64,000 nt of DNA from an uncultured bacterium (GCA_963977015.1 CAXBMO010000001.1:512001-576000), one strand, 5' to 3'. Numbered from the stretch's first letter, positions 45,630 to 56,207 are shown. Numbers and translations: made by a program. Notes: generated by a model from the letters alone, not told the origin.

Positions 45630-47621
45630 TTACCGGTCTCCCGGAAATTGCTGGATATCATCCTTCACGACCGGTTTTCCCTCGCCCTTGGCGACCGGGG
45701 ATGTTTCGTGAATGTAGAAGTCCTTGTTGGGTAGGGTGTCGTTGTGATCCAGAACGGCTTGGGCGGCGGCGGACATGGTCTTGTCGGCGTTGTTTTTCAG
45801 TCTAGTGACGTTTTCGTGGTAGGCGTGCTCGGCGAGGTCGAGGAAATGGAGGGCGCAGGCCTTGTCCCGTTCGAAGAGCTTGCCGGATGCGTTGCTGTTG
45901 AGCTGGGAATCGAGCTTTGACAGCACGCAAGCCATGGCGTGCAGCCACATGGCGCCATCGCCGAGGCGGGCCTGGACGAGCTGCCGTTTCAGGATCTGAT
46001 CCTTGAACCGCTGGCTGGCGAGCTTGAATTGGTGGTTGTGATCGGCGACCATCTTGGACCATTTGTCGGCATGCTCTCGGAGCGAGGGATGGATGTTGCT
46101 GATGTGGGGCTTGGGTGGTTTGATTCCTAGGAAAATCTGCGCGCCGAGGCCCATGGCTTTGAGCGAAATCTGCGGGTTGAGGGCGTTTTTTATGATCCGG
46201 GACAGGTTCGCTCCGACGGTCTCGGTTCCATCCCAAAACAGAGCCTGACGAATGGCCAGCATTTGCTCGGCAAGCTGCTTGCCTCCGTAGCCGAAGACGA
46301 ACACTCGCATCACCTCGTTGGCTCCCTCGCCGATCTTGTAAAGCCGTGCGTCGCGATAGGCGCGCTCGACTTCGTTTTCGGTCATGTAGCCTTCGCCTCC
46401 CATGATTTGCAGGGCGTCGTCAATCACCTGCCAGCCATAGTGCGAGGCAAACACCTTGGCGACCGCGGTTTCGACCATGATGTCTTTCTCATCGCGGTCG
46501 AGCATGCCGGTGGTCATGTAGAGCATCGCGTCGATCGCGTAGCACATGGCGCCCATGTTGGCGATCCGATCCTGAACGAGCTCGAAGGCCGACAAGGGGC
46601 GCTCGAACTGGTATCTCGTCTGCGACCACTTCACCGCCTGCTCCATCGCGCCCTTGGCGGAGCCGAGAATTCCCGACGAGAGGGTGCATCTTCCGTAATT
46701 CAGACAGGTGAGCGCCACTTTCAGGCCTTGCCCTTCTTTATGCAGCAGGTTCTCTTTCGGGACCCTGACATTGGTAAAACGAATCCGGCCCTGCCAGGTG
46801 CCGCGAACGCCGCACTTGGAACGGTTTTTCTCAAAAATATCCACGCCCTCCATGTCCGGGGTGCAGATCAATGCCGTGACCGCCTTCGATACCCGACCCG
46901 TTTTGGGATCCACGAGTTGCTGGTTGCATAACACGGTGAACAACGCGCTGTAGGCGGCGGAGGTTGACCACTTTTTCTCTCCGTTGAGGATGTAGTGGGT
47001 TCCGTCCTCGCTGAGTTCGGCGCGGGTTTCCTGGCCGCCGGCGTCGCAACCCACGTTCGGCTCGGATAGACAAAAGGCGGAGAGGGCCGAACGGGCCATG
47101 ATGGGAAGCCACTTCTTTTTCTGCTCCGCCGTCCCGAACAGCATCAATGCCTTGCAGCCGATCGACTGGTGGGCGGAGACGACCACGGAGGTCGAGGCGC
47201 AGGTCCGGCCGAGACGCTCGAGAACCCGGTTGTAGCTGGTGATGCTCAACCCCAAACCACCGTATTCCTCGGGAATCGTCATCCCCATGACGCCAAGTTC
47301 AAAGAGCCGGTCAATCGCGCTGCGCGGAATTTCCTGCTCGCGGTCAATCCGAATCGCGGGATGCTCGTTTTTCAGATAGTCATCCAGTTTCGCCAGCAAA
47401 TCGTCGGCTTTCCGCTTCTCCTCTGGCGAAACTTCGGGGTAGGGAAAAATCAGATCTTCGCGGATTTTGCCCCAGAACAGGTTCTTCACAAAACCCATTT
47501 CGGCGGGTTCCGGCCCCATCACCATCTGGGTGTTTTCGAGCATCTTGCGATCTTCCTCGGAGATGTCTCTAAGATGTTTGAGATCGCTCATGTTTAAAGT
47601 TTTAGACGAAAACCAAGCCAT
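45630..47621 (-). CDS. Acyl-CoA dehydrogenase, long ACAD9/VLCAD-like form
   Basis: IPEEYGGLG, AHQSIG, AFCLSEP..G.D, LNGEK.W, R.QF, IGEGANEV. Confidence 0.93.
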   Translation of the reverse strand: MAWFSSKTLNMSDLKHLRDISEEDRKMLENTQMVMGPEPAEMGFVKNLFWGKIREDLIFPYPEVSPEEKRKADDLLAKLDDYLKNEHPAIRIDREQEIPRSAIDRLFELGVMGMTIPEEYGGLGLSITSYNRVLERLGRTCASTSVVVSAHQSIGCKALMLFGTAEQKKKWLPIMARSALSAFCLSEPNVGCDAGGQETRAELSEDGTHYILNGEKKWSTSAAYSALFTVLCNQQLVDPKTGRVSKAVTALICTPDMEGVDIFEKNRSKCGVRGTWQGRIRFTNVRVPKENLLHKEGQGLKVALTCLNYGRCTLSSGILGSAKGAMEQAVKWSQTRYQFERPLSAFELVQDRIANMGAMCYAIDAMLYMTTGMLDRDEKDIMVETAVAKVFASHYGWQVIDDALQIMGGEGYMTENEVERAYRDARLYKIGEGANEVMRVFVFGYGGKQLAEQMLAIRQALFWDGTETVGANLSRIIKNALNPQISLKAMGLGAQIFLGIKPPKPHISNIHPSLREHADKWSKMVADHNHQFKLASQRFKDQILKRQLVQARLGDGAMWLHAMACVLSKLDSQLNSNASGKLFERDKACALHFLDLAEHAYHENVTRLKNNADKTMSAAAQAVLDHNDTLPNKDFYIHETSPVAKGEGKPVVKDDIQQFPGDR

Positions 47622-47688
47622 AATCAGTGAACGAATTTCTCATGGGTGTCGGTAGTCCAATTTCGTGACAACCCTTTTCCCCGTCGCC

Positions 47689-48456
47689 ATGAAACTAAAA
47701 GACAGCATCGTCCTGGTAACCGGAGGAGCGTCCGGTCTTGGGGCTGGCGTTGCCCGCAACGTCATCGAGCGTGGAGGCTCGGTCGTGATCGCCGATCTCA
47801 ATGAATCCGCGGGAAAGGAACTCGCGTCGCAACTGGGCGAGCGCGCCCGATTCTCCCGTACCGACGTCACGAATCCCGATAGCGTGAATGCAACCCTCGA
47901 TGTCACCGCACAGCTCCCCGGAACCTTCCGCGTCGTGGTCAACTGCGCCGGGGTTCTCGCAGCGGGCAAGGTCGTGGGCAAAGACGGCCCGCACGATCTG
48001 GAGAGATTCGCCAAGGTCATCGACGTCAATCTGATTGGCACCTTCAACGTGATCCGTCTGGCTGCCGCTCGTTTTGTGCAGGGAGAACCGGATGAGGAGG
48101 GAGAGCGAGGCGTCATCATCAACACCGCATCGATTGCGGCCTTCGAAGGTCAGATGGGCCAGGCCGCCTACTCCGCCTCCAAGGCGGGAGTCGCGGGGAT
48201 GACGCTGCCTCTCGCCCGCGATCTCGCGTCGGATGGTGTCAGGGTCATGGCGATCGCCCCGGGGATGTTCGACACGGCAATGGTGGCCGGTCTGACGGAC
48301 AAGGTGCGGGAGAGTCTCGCCGCCATGGTCCCTTTTCCTCCCCGTCTCGGACGTCCCGAAGAATTTGCGGCGCTCGCCATTCACATCATGGAAAACACGA
48401 TGCTCAACGGTGAAGTCATCCGCCTGGACGGTGCCGTGAGAATGTCCGCTCGCTGA
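47689..48456 (+). CDS. SDR 3-hydroxyacyl-CoA dehydrogenase (HSD17B10 / 3-hydroxy-2-methylbutyryl-CoA dehydrogenase-like)
   Basis: [48 protein letters not shown]. Confidence 0.93.
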   Translation: MKLKDSIVLVTGGASGLGAGVARNVIERGGSVVIADLNESAGKELASQLGERARFSRTDVTNPDSVNATLDVTAQLPGTFRVVVNCAGVLAAGKVVGKDGPHDLERFAKVIDVNLIGTFNVIRLAAARFVQGEPDEEGERGVIINTASIAAFEGQMGQAAYSASKAGVAGMTLPLARDLASDGVRVMAIAPGMFDTAMVAGLTDKVRESLAAMVPFPPRLGRPEEFAALAIHIMENTMLNGEVIRLDGAVRMSAR

Positions 48457-48464
48457 CAAGGCCG

Positions 48465-49607
48465 ATGAATGATCCCGTACTCTATGAAGTTCGCGATACC
48501 ACGGGCGGCAAGTCCATTGGGATCGCGACTCTGAATATCGAAAATCGCCTCAATTCGACCAGCCTGGAGTTGGTGCGCAGTCTTAGTCCGAAGTTGGAAG
48601 CGTGGGCCAGGGACGATCAGATTGCCTGCGTCGTGATCCGCGGCGCTGGGGAGAAAGCCTTTTGTGCGGGAGGCGATTGTATCGACATGTATCACTCCAT
48701 GGTCGAAGACCCGAGTCTGGAGAACCGCTACGCCCAACAGTTCTTTTCCGAAGAATACTCACTCTTCTATCTGATCCACGTTTACCCCAAACCCGTCATC
48801 ACCTGGGGCAGCGGCATCGTCATGGGCGCCGGTCTCGGATTGATGTGCGCCGGCAGTCACCGCATCGTCACGGAACGTTCACTGCTCGCCATGCCGGAAA
48901 TCTCCATCGGGCTTTATCCCGATGCCGGCGGCTCATGGTTCCTTGGCAGGACGCCCGGCCGCAGTGGGCTTTTCCTCGGGCTCACGGGAAGTAAAATGAA
49001 CGCGACCGACGCTCGGTTTCTCGGGCTGGCCACCCACTCCCTGGATTCCACCGCCTACGTAGTGATGTTGGACGCACTGGCATCCGTCCCATGGACGAAC
49101 GACGGCAAGCTCAACGCCGACCTGACGAGCACTTGCCTGTCGACCTTGCAAAAAACAACCGCACCGGCAAGAACCGAGTCCAACATTCGCAAACACTACG
49201 ATACCATCCAGGAACTCTGCGACTGCAACAACCCGATCGAATTCGCGGACAACTTGAAGCGCCTCAAAACCCGGAGTCCCTGGCTGGAAACGGCCCGCGA
49301 CGGTTTTCTGTCGGGAAGCCCCACCACGGCCCATCTCGTCTTTGAACTGCGCCGCCGCACCCTTCGTCTTTCCCTCGCTGACGTCTTCCGCATCGAATAC
49401 GGCGTCTCCATGCAATGCGTCGTCCACCCGGACTTTCGCGAAGGAATCCGCTCCACCCTTATCGACAAAGACAAGTCGCCTGTCTGGACGCCTGACCAAC
49501 TCGAAAAAGTCACCCCGGAATGGATCGCCGCTCACTTCGATCCGCCCTGCGCCGACGCGAACAATCCCATGAACCATTCTCATTGTGCGGTGGAAACGTT
49601 GCAGTGA
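48465..49607 (+). CDS. 3-hydroxyisobutyryl-CoA hydrolase-like crotonase
   Basis: AFCAGGD, FF.EEY, GIVMGAG.GL, AMPE.SIG.YPD.G, DF.EGIR..LIDKD..P.W. Confidence 0.9.
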   Translation: MNDPVLYEVRDTTGGKSIGIATLNIENRLNSTSLELVRSLSPKLEAWARDDQIACVVIRGAGEKAFCAGGDCIDMYHSMVEDPSLENRYAQQFFSEEYSLFYLIHVYPKPVITWGSGIVMGAGLGLMCAGSHRIVTERSLLAMPEISIGLYPDAGGSWFLGRTPGRSGLFLGLTGSKMNATDARFLGLATHSLDSTAYVVMLDALASVPWTNDGKLNADLTSTCLSTLQKTTAPARTESNIRKHYDTIQELCDCNNPIEFADNLKRLKTRSPWLETARDGFLSGSPTTAHLVFELRRRTLRLSLADVFRIEYGVSMQCVVHPDFREGIRSTLIDKDKSPVWTPDQLEKVTPEWIAAHFDPPCADANNPMNHSHCAVETLQ

Positions 49608-49771
49608 CAAGTTGAAGCGCCCTGAAGAACTTGCCTCGCCAGGCGCTCGCCGGGAAGTGGACGCAAATGGAATCAGCACCTTCCGTCCTTGGTAAAGCCT
49701 GTCGGCGACCGTGTCCTGGATCGAGCTTGAATGCGCGCTCGCTATCCGGTGCGGACGGACTACCGTCCGTC

Positions 49772-50002
49772 ATGGCGACCTACATCTACGAGACTATTCC
49801 AGAGGAAAAGGGTGCGTTGCCCGAGCGTTTTGAGATTCAACAAAGTATGACCGAGGACGCCCTTACCAAGCATCCCAAAACCGGTGAACCCATGAGACGC
49901 ATTATCACCGGCGGGTTCGGTTACTTCAAAAAGAATGTCGGAGAGAGCATCGGCTCCGTGGATGACTACTCCCATGGCCACGGACACGATCATGAGCACT
50001 AA
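49772..50002 (+). CDS. FmdB-family zinc-ribbon-like protein lacking the Cys ligands
   Basis: MATYIYE...FEIQQSM..DALT.HP.TG.P.RRII.GG, with a His-rich tail. Confidence 0.75.
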   Translation: MATYIYETIPEEKGALPERFEIQQSMTEDALTKHPKTGEPMRRIITGGFGYFKKNVGESIGSVDDYSHGHGHDHEH

Positions 50003-50075
50003 CGAACCCCGACGCGAGGCCATCGCCAAATGGAAGGCGGTCGTGGCCGAGTATCGCAGCGCGTCTCGACCTCAG
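49992..50075 (+). pseudogene. Possible 5' remnant of a fatty-acid desaturase gene
   Basis: MSTNEPRREAIAKWKAVVAEYRSASR resembles desaturase N-termini (W+..VA.Y..P/A) from memory; protein-like sequence ends just before the convergent transglutaminase stop. Confidence 0.35.
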
Positions 50076-50095
50076 TTTCAAACGCCCCCTAGATG

Positions 50096-50950
50096 CTACG
50101 TTAACGCGGTGACCCAGACACCGACGTCGAGGGTGGCTCCCTCAGGCCCGACAAACGATCCGGCCACTGGCGGCACGGATTCCGGGAGCCTGGCTACGGC
50201 CACCGCGATGTGATTGGTTCCCACGATCTCGCCGCTGGTGGGGTCGAACCCTTTCCAGCCCGCCCCAGGCAGATAGACTTCCGCCCACGCATGGGTCGCC
50301 CCGAAATTGGCCGACGAAGGCTCAGCGTTGAGGTAGCCGCTGGCAAAGCGCGCCGCCAGACCGAGGCGTCGAGCGGCAGCCATGAACAAGGACGCGAAAT
50401 CGCGGCAGGAGCCTGATTCCAGACGCAGCGTCTCATCCGGAGCTTGAACGCCGGGTTCCTCGCGAATTTGATAGCTGAAGGTTTGCGGGATCTGCTCGCA
50501 GATGCGTCGCAGCAACGCGTAGGTTTGAATGGGTTCGCCCGGAGTCCACAAACTTGAGACCCAACCTTTCAAGGACTCTCCGTCCTTCGGCCCGGCTTCG
50601 TCAAGGTAGGGGGAGAGAACCGCGCGGTCTTCCGGGGTGTAGTTAAATGGATAATCGGTCGCATAATCGGCAACCAGGAAGTCGAGTGGAGCTTGGTTGA
50701 ATTGCTGGATGACGATTTCACTCTCAATCGCGAGTTGGCTGGCGGTGGTCTCAAACACCGCTGTCGCAACGGAGTTGTCTTCCACGTCCCGATGCCAACG
50801 AAGCGTAGCGTCAGGGGTGATTTCGAGGTTTGAGGATTCGATTCGCAGTTCATGGCCCTCTCTCGGGCGCAGGCGCAATTGGTGTGGCTCGAGCCGCACG
50901 GGGCCCGAGAAATTGTAGTAGGTGCGGTGAAGAATTTTATAGCGCTGCAT
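50096..50950 (-). CDS. Transglutaminase-like family protein (Bact_transglu_N + core)
   Basis: I.H.T.Y...LRLRPR, Y..REEPGVQ.P.ETL...GSCRD, ARF.SGY, THAWAEVYLPGAGW.GFDPT. Confidence 0.92.
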   Translation of the reverse strand: MQRYKILHRTYYNFSGPVRLEPHQLRLRPREGHELRIESSNLEITPDATLRWHRDVEDNSVATAVFETTASQLAIESEIVIQQFNQAPLDFLVADYATDYPFNYTPEDRAVLSPYLDEAGPKDGESLKGWVSSLWTPGEPIQTYALLRRICEQIPQTFSYQIREEPGVQAPDETLRLESGSCRDFASLFMAAARRLGLAARFASGYLNAEPSSANFGATHAWAEVYLPGAGWKGFDPTSGEIVGTNHIAVAVARLPESVPPVAGSFVGPEGATLDVGVWVTALT

Positions 50951-51298
50951 TAGGATTACATTCACAATGCCTCTTCTTCGAGTCGACTACAACATGCGAT
51001 GCCGGTGTCGCTGCCAACTTGGGTGAAATCTGCCTCCCTTGAAGGATCTGAGTTGCTGACAAGTCCATTCTGGGCATGGGACCGGTTCCCTAATGGCAAG
51101 TAGTGCGGCCAACAAGTCGTCCAGCGAGACACTCGCAATCGCCGAGGCTGCGAAGGGGAGGATTAGCTTCCGACCGTGAAGCATCGAGCCGCAGGTATGA
51201 CCCACGTTGGGCATGTAGTCACGAACCGTTCACGTGAATAGAACCCGTTGGAGAAGCGTTCTAACTATCGAAGCTACTACGGCTGACATGTCCCTGAC

Positions 51299-51327
51299 TT
51301 GTCCCTACGGCAAAACGTAGCTATATT
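51299..51327 (+). promoter_or_regulatory. Candidate sigma70 promoter for leucine dehydrogenase
   Basis: TTGTCC-17 bp-TATATT, then an AGGAG RBS; the palindrome CTACG-N6-CGTAG fills the spacer. Confidence 0.45.
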
Positions 51328-51343
51328 GATTTTAGGAGATGTT

Positions 51344-52525
51344 ATGATGAATTCCCCCCATCTCCATAGCGGCTCGCCGCAGGATTTTGAAATCCTGGAA
51401 GACTCCGAACACGAACAGATTGTTTTCTGCAAGGATCTGGAGTCCGGGCTACGGGCGATCATCGCCATTCACAACACGGCGCTGGGGCCCAGCCTGGGCG
51501 GATGCCGCATGTGGAACTACGGTTCGGAAGCGGAGGCGCTAACCGATGCGCTGCGTCTGAGCCGCGGCATGAGCTACAAATCAGCGCTGGCCGGGCTGCC
51601 ACTGGGCGGTGGGAAGGCCGTGATTTGGGGGGATTCGAAGCGGGACAAATCCAAGGCGATGTTTCGCGCTTTCGGACGATTTGTCGAAAGCCTGAACGGG
51701 CGTTACATCACCGGGGAAGACGTTGGCACCAGCATGGCTGACATGGACGTCATCTTTGAAGAAACCAGCTACGTGGTGGGCGTTTCGCCTCGCTTGGGCG
51801 GCTCCGGCGATCCCAGCCGTTATACGGCTTACGGCTGTTTGCAGGGCATCCGCGCCTCGGTTAAGGAACAGCTGAATCGAGACACGCTCAAAGGGATTCG
51901 CGTTGCGATTCAGGGGATCGGGCATGTGGGGCAAAACCTGGCCCGGATGCTCCGCGAACAAGATGCCGAGGTGATTGCGGCGGATCTCGATACGGAAAAA
52001 TGTAGGAAGTTTTGCGACGAATTCGACTGCGAACCAGCCAACGCCGAAGAGATCCTTTTCGTCGATTGCGACGTCCTTGCGCCCTGTGCCATGGGCGGCG
52101 CGATCAACGACGACACCATTGACAAGCTGAATTGCTCGATCGTGGCGGGATCGGCCAACAATCAACTTGCAGCAAAGCGCCATGGAAAGGCGCTGGCGGA
52201 CAAGGGCATTCTCTACGCGCCGGATTATGCCATTAATTCCGGGGGGCTCATCAACGTTTCGTTGGAGTTGGAAGGCTACAACCGCGACGAGGCGGTTTGC
52301 CGAGTCAAGCGCCTCTACGATGTCTTGTCGCACATCTACAAGATTGCCCGGGCAGAAGGGATTCCCACCAACGAAGCGGCAGACCATGTCGCCGAGCAAC
52401 GCCTTGAGAACGCCAAACACCAATCGCGGCGAGTTTGGCTGGCTCGGGAACATCCCTCCTTCATTCACCGCAATCAGGAAAGGTCCCTGCCGGGAAGTCA
52501 ATCTCAGCTGGATCTTTTTGGATAA
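51344..52525 (+). CDS. ldh: Leucine dehydrogenase (Glu/Leu/Phe/Val dehydrogenase)
   Basis: HEQIVFC.D...GL.AIIAIH.T.LGP.LGG.R, RLS.GM.YK, GGGK, EDVG, QG.G.VG, AGSANNQL. Confidence 0.93.
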   Translation: MMNSPHLHSGSPQDFEILEDSEHEQIVFCKDLESGLRAIIAIHNTALGPSLGGCRMWNYGSEAEALTDALRLSRGMSYKSALAGLPLGGGKAVIWGDSKRDKSKAMFRAFGRFVESLNGRYITGEDVGTSMADMDVIFEETSYVVGVSPRLGGSGDPSRYTAYGCLQGIRASVKEQLNRDTLKGIRVAIQGIGHVGQNLARMLREQDAEVIAADLDTEKCRKFCDEFDCEPANAEEILFVDCDVLAPCAMGGAINDDTIDKLNCSIVAGSANNQLAAKRHGKALADKGILYAPDYAINSGGLINVSLELEGYNRDEAVCRVKRLYDVLSHIYKIARAEGIPTNEAADHVAEQRLENAKHQSRRVWLAREHPSFIHRNQERSLPGSQSQLDLFG

Positions 52526-52562
52526 AGACTGAGGCTTGCGTTCGTCGAGCCTTTTGAGGTGC

Positions 52563-53687
52563 TTACTCCATTGGGTAATCGCGTTTCGCCGGTCCGGTAT
52601 AGAGCGACCGGGGCCGAATCAGGCGATTGTTTTTCTGTTGCTCGATCACGTGGGCACACCAGCCACTAACGCGCGAACAGGCAAAGAGCGGGGTATTCAG
52701 TTGGGCGGGAAGATCAAGCATCAGAAACACGGGCGCCGCATAGAGATCGACGTTCGCGCAGAGTTGTTTTTCGCGCCACATCACCTTCTCCAACTCCTCG
52801 CAGACCGGTACCCAGTGTGTCTGTCCGCATCGCTTTCCGAGATCGCGGGCCAACTCGCGCATAATAGGCACGCGGCTGTCGCCGGTCTTATATACGCGGT
52901 GCCCGAAACCCATGATCTTCTCCTTTTTCGCCAGCTTTTCTTGAAGCCAGGATTCGGCGTCTTCCGGCGTCCGGATTTGTTCCAGCATGTGAATGGACTC
53001 CTGGTTGGCTCCTCCATGGAGAGGGCCTTTCAAGGTGCCGATGGCGGAAGTGATCGCGGCGTAGATATCCGCGAGAGTCGATGCCGTAACCCGCGCCGAG
53101 AACGTGGAAGCGTTGAAGTCGTGATCCGCGTAGAGAACAAAAATGGTATCCAGCATCTTCGTTTTCCACGTCTCTGGCTCCACGCCTTGCAAGCGGTAAA
53201 GGAAGTTGGCGGCGTGGGGCAAATCATCGCGGGACGGAAGCAAATCCTCACCCTGCAAGATTCGCCAACTGTCGGTAATGAGGGTAGAGGCTCGAGCAAT
53301 GATTCGAATCGCTTTCCGCACATTGGCCTCTACCGACAAATCGCTCAGGTCGTCATCAAAGGTGCTCAACATCGACATCCCGGTTCGCAGGGCGTCCATC
53401 GGATGCGTCTTCTTGGGAAGCAGGTGGAGCATTTCGATCACCGGGGGCGGCAGTTCGCGTTCGCGTTGCATTTCCAGCCGCAGCGAGGCCAACTGTTGGT
53501 CCGTCGGTAATTCGCCGTGAAACAGCAGCCAGACGACTTCCTCAAACGTGCTCTTCTCGGCCATTTGATGAATGTCGTAGCCGCGATAGGTAAGTCCCGC
53601 ATCGGGATCGACCCAGCAGATGGCGGATTCGCCCGCAATAACCCCGGCAAGTCCGGGGCTGTATTCTTGTTTGGTCGTGGTTTTCAT
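52563..53687 (-). CDS. prpC: 2-methylcitrate synthase / citrate synthase
   Basis: GLAGV, L.YRGY, DHDFNASTF, GPLHGGAN, MGFGHRVY, NVD; in operon with prpD and prpB. Confidence 0.9.
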   Translation of the reverse strand: MKTTTKQEYSPGLAGVIAGESAICWVDPDAGLTYRGYDIHQMAEKSTFEEVVWLLFHGELPTDQQLASLRLEMQRERELPPPVIEMLHLLPKKTHPMDALRTGMSMLSTFDDDLSDLSVEANVRKAIRIIARASTLITDSWRILQGEDLLPSRDDLPHAANFLYRLQGVEPETWKTKMLDTIFVLYADHDFNASTFSARVTASTLADIYAAITSAIGTLKGPLHGGANQESIHMLEQIRTPEDAESWLQEKLAKKEKIMGFGHRVYKTGDSRVPIMRELARDLGKRCGQTHWVPVCEELEKVMWREKQLCANVDLYAAPVFLMLDLPAQLNTPLFACSRVSGWCAHVIEQQKNNRLIRPRSLYTGPAKRDYPME

Positions 53688-53833
53688 ACTCGAAACGTTC
53701 AAATACTCCATCCATTTCTCATCCATCGACTCGCCTGGTTTTTGCCGATGGAAACAGTCCCTAACCTTTGGACGCACATCGTCTTCCGAATCATCAATTC
53801 CAGCTGCGATCACGCACCGGTGAATTCAACCAA

Positions 53834-54676
53834 CTAACGGTCCTTGGGATCATAGCCCAGCAACGCGTAGAGTTCGTCTCTCGTTTGCATTCGATCGAGC
53901 CACGCAGATTGAGTTCCGTCGCGTTTTAGGTCACCGAGGCAAGCCTCCGCCGCGTGCATCGAAGCGCGAAACGCCGTTTGTGGAAAGATGACCATGCGGT
54001 AGCCCATTTCGGCCAGTTCATCCACGGTGAGGAGGGGCCCTTTACCAAACTCGGTCATGTTGGCGAGAAGCGGCGCGTCCACTTCGCGGGCGAAGCTGGC
54101 GAATTCTTCGGCGGACGCCAGAGCTTCGGGGAAAATGGCGTCGGCGCCGGCCTCGAGGTAGGCGTGGGCGCGTTCAACAGCGGGAGCAAATCCTTCGACC
54201 GCACGGGCGTCGGTGCGGGCGATGATGAGGAAGTCCGGGTCGGTTCTGGCGGCGACGGCTGCGCGGAGTTTCTGGGTCATCTCATCCACGGTCGTGACGT
54301 TTTTGCCGGAGAGATGACCACAGCGTTTCGGAAATTCCTGGTCTTCGAGATGCAGGCCGGCAAGGCCCGCGCGTTCGAATTCGCGGACCGTGCGGGCGGC
54401 GTTTTCGGGGCCGCCGAAACCCGTGTCGGCGTCGGCGATTGCGGGAATCGAAACGGCTTTTGCGATGTAGCCGGCCAGTTGCGCCACTTCGGTCAGGGTG
54501 AGGAGCCCGATGTCCGGAACCCCGACCGTGGCGTTGGCCAAACCAGCCCCGCTCACGTAAACGGCGGGAAACCCGGCGCGTTCGATCAGGCGGCCGGTGG
54601 CGGCGTTGCAGGCGCCGGGCATGGCGACGCAGCCTTCGGCGATCGCGGCGCGGAGCCTGGAGGCGGCGGTTTTCAT
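53834..54676 (-). CDS. prpB: 2-methylisocitrate lyase
   Basis: YVSGAG...G.PDIG, DADTGFG, EDQ..PKRCGH, ARTDA, LANMTEFGK. Confidence 0.95.
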   Translation of the reverse strand: MKTAASRLRAAIAEGCVAMPGACNAATGRLIERAGFPAVYVSGAGLANATVGVPDIGLLTLTEVAQLAGYIAKAVSIPAIADADTGFGGPENAARTVREFERAGLAGLHLEDQEFPKRCGHLSGKNVTTVDEMTQKLRAAVAARTDPDFLIIARTDARAVEGFAPAVERAHAYLEAGADAIFPEALASAEEFASFAREVDAPLLANMTEFGKGPLLTVDELAEMGYRMVIFPQTAFRASMHAAEACLGDLKRDGTQSAWLDRMQTRDELYALLGYDPKDR

Positions 54677-56055
54677 TTGGGCTGAGTATTCGAACCACCA
54701 AATTTGAAATCCGAAAGGGCTTCCACCGACTTCAGCGAGTCCAGATTCCACGCCAATTCCATCAACTTGCTCGCCTTTTCACCAGTCAGGGCGAGGAACT
54801 TGGCTTCCACTTCGGCGTCGCTCATCGGATTCTTGGCATGGCCGCGGGGATGATCAACACGCTCGGTGACGTCGGTTCCGTCCCGCAAACGGACGTGGAC
54901 GATGTTGCCGACGGCGCCGGGATAGGCTGCGCTCAATTCGGCGTGGCGTGTCACCTTGACCCGCTCAACCAGGGAAAGCAGTCCCTCGTCCGTGAAGCGT
55001 TCGGGCGCAAACTGCCGCTCCGTAATTTCGCCATCGGCGAGGGCGGCGGCGACGATGTAAGGCAGACTGTGATCGGCGGTTTCGCGGTTCTGGGGGCGCC
55101 ACTTTTCGGGCTCGCTTCCGATGATGTCGACCGCGGCATCATGGCTTTCAACGGTCACGGACTCGACCGCTTCGATGCCTGGAATCCGGTCGCGGAGCTT
55201 CAACGCCGCTTCAATCGCGCTTTGGGAGTGGTATTCGGCCGGCCAGCCCTTGATTGAAGTTTTCAAGATCATGAGATCTGAGGACTCACCCGCCAAAGTG
55301 AAGTTTTCGAGCGGACCGCTGACCAGCTTTTCAAAACCCATCGCGCCTTCAAAAATCGGACCGGGACCGGTCATGCCGTTTTTGGCGAGCAAGGCGGCGA
55401 AAACTCCCTGCCGGGCCGCGGCTCCGACGGTAGCGCCCTTCCAATGGGAGAGTTCGCCGACGCGGGATTGGCGGAGGGCGCCAGCTGCCACTCCGGCAAT
55501 GTTGATGGCATGGCGGGTTTGTTCGCAATCCAGATTCAGCAACCGGGATGCACCCAACGCGACCGAAAAGGGAACGTAGCTGACGTGGTCCCAGCCGCGC
55601 GAACGGGGTGAGGCAGCGTCACAGAGCCGGCACTGAATTTCGTAAGCCAAGGCGATCGCCGCGATCAGTTCTTTGCCGGTTGAACCCGCGGATTCGGCGA
55701 TGGCGAGGAGGGGCGCGATGTTGTCGCTGGGATGGGCCGGTTCTTTGGAAAGGTAGGTGTCGTTGAAATCGAGGTAGCGGACACAGACGCCGTTGGCGAA
55801 GGCTGCCCAATCCGGGGGCACGCGCAAGTTCGTTCCAAACAGTCTCGCCCCATTCGGCGTCACGAATGCCCCGGCCGTCTGGCGAGCGATGCTTGCGGGT
55901 TCGGAGTTGAGGGCGCCGATGGCGCATCCGAGAGAATCGATGAGCCGGCGTTTCACTTCGCGAACCGCTGACTCGTCCACGTTCTCAAAGCGGAAGTCGC
56001 CCGCGTATTGGGCGAGACGATCGGCCAGCGGCTTGGAATCAGCACTCAAATTCAT
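54673..56055 (-). CDS. prpD: 2-methylcitrate dehydratase (MmgE/PrpD family)
   Basis: RYLDFNDT...HPSDN, GWDH, LSHWKG, ETADHSLPY, GH..NP. Confidence 0.93.
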   Translation of the reverse strand: MNLSADSKPLADRLAQYAGDFRFENVDESAVREVKRRLIDSLGCAIGALNSEPASIARQTAGAFVTPNGARLFGTNLRVPPDWAAFANGVCVRYLDFNDTYLSKEPAHPSDNIAPLLAIAESAGSTGKELIAAIALAYEIQCRLCDAASPRSRGWDHVSYVPFSVALGASRLLNLDCEQTRHAINIAGVAAGALRQSRVGELSHWKGATVGAAARQGVFAALLAKNGMTGPGPIFEGAMGFEKLVSGPLENFTLAGESSDLMILKTSIKGWPAEYHSQSAIEAALKLRDRIPGIEAVESVTVESHDAAVDIIGSEPEKWRPQNRETADHSLPYIVAAALADGEITERQFAPERFTDEGLLSLVERVKVTRHAELSAAYPGAVGNIVHVRLRDGTDVTERVDHPRGHAKNPMSDAEVEAKFLALTGEKASKLMELAWNLDSLKSVEALSDFKFGGSNTQPK

Positions 56056-56207
56056 CAATGGGGGAGGGGGCGGAAGTGGGAACGGCGCCTTTGTTTGGGC
56101 GGCTCTTTCGCCCGGATCTTCAATCAGGTCGCCGACAAATATGGCTCTGCTGGGGCCAAGTTCATGAATGGAAGTATAGTGGAAGGCGGTCGAATTCTAA
56201 AGAACGA

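Noticed and set aside
50987-51214. 75-aa ORF upstream of the transglutaminase gene
   Set aside because: No recognisable motif or RBS; cannot be supported
53688-53813. N-terminal extension of PrpC in the ORF track
   Set aside because: Family similarity begins at MKTTTKQEYSPGL; the extension is likely an upstream in-frame artefact
56056-56207. Cobalamin riboswitch upstream of the B12 mutase
   Set aside because: No B12-box or conserved core recognisable, and the gap is short
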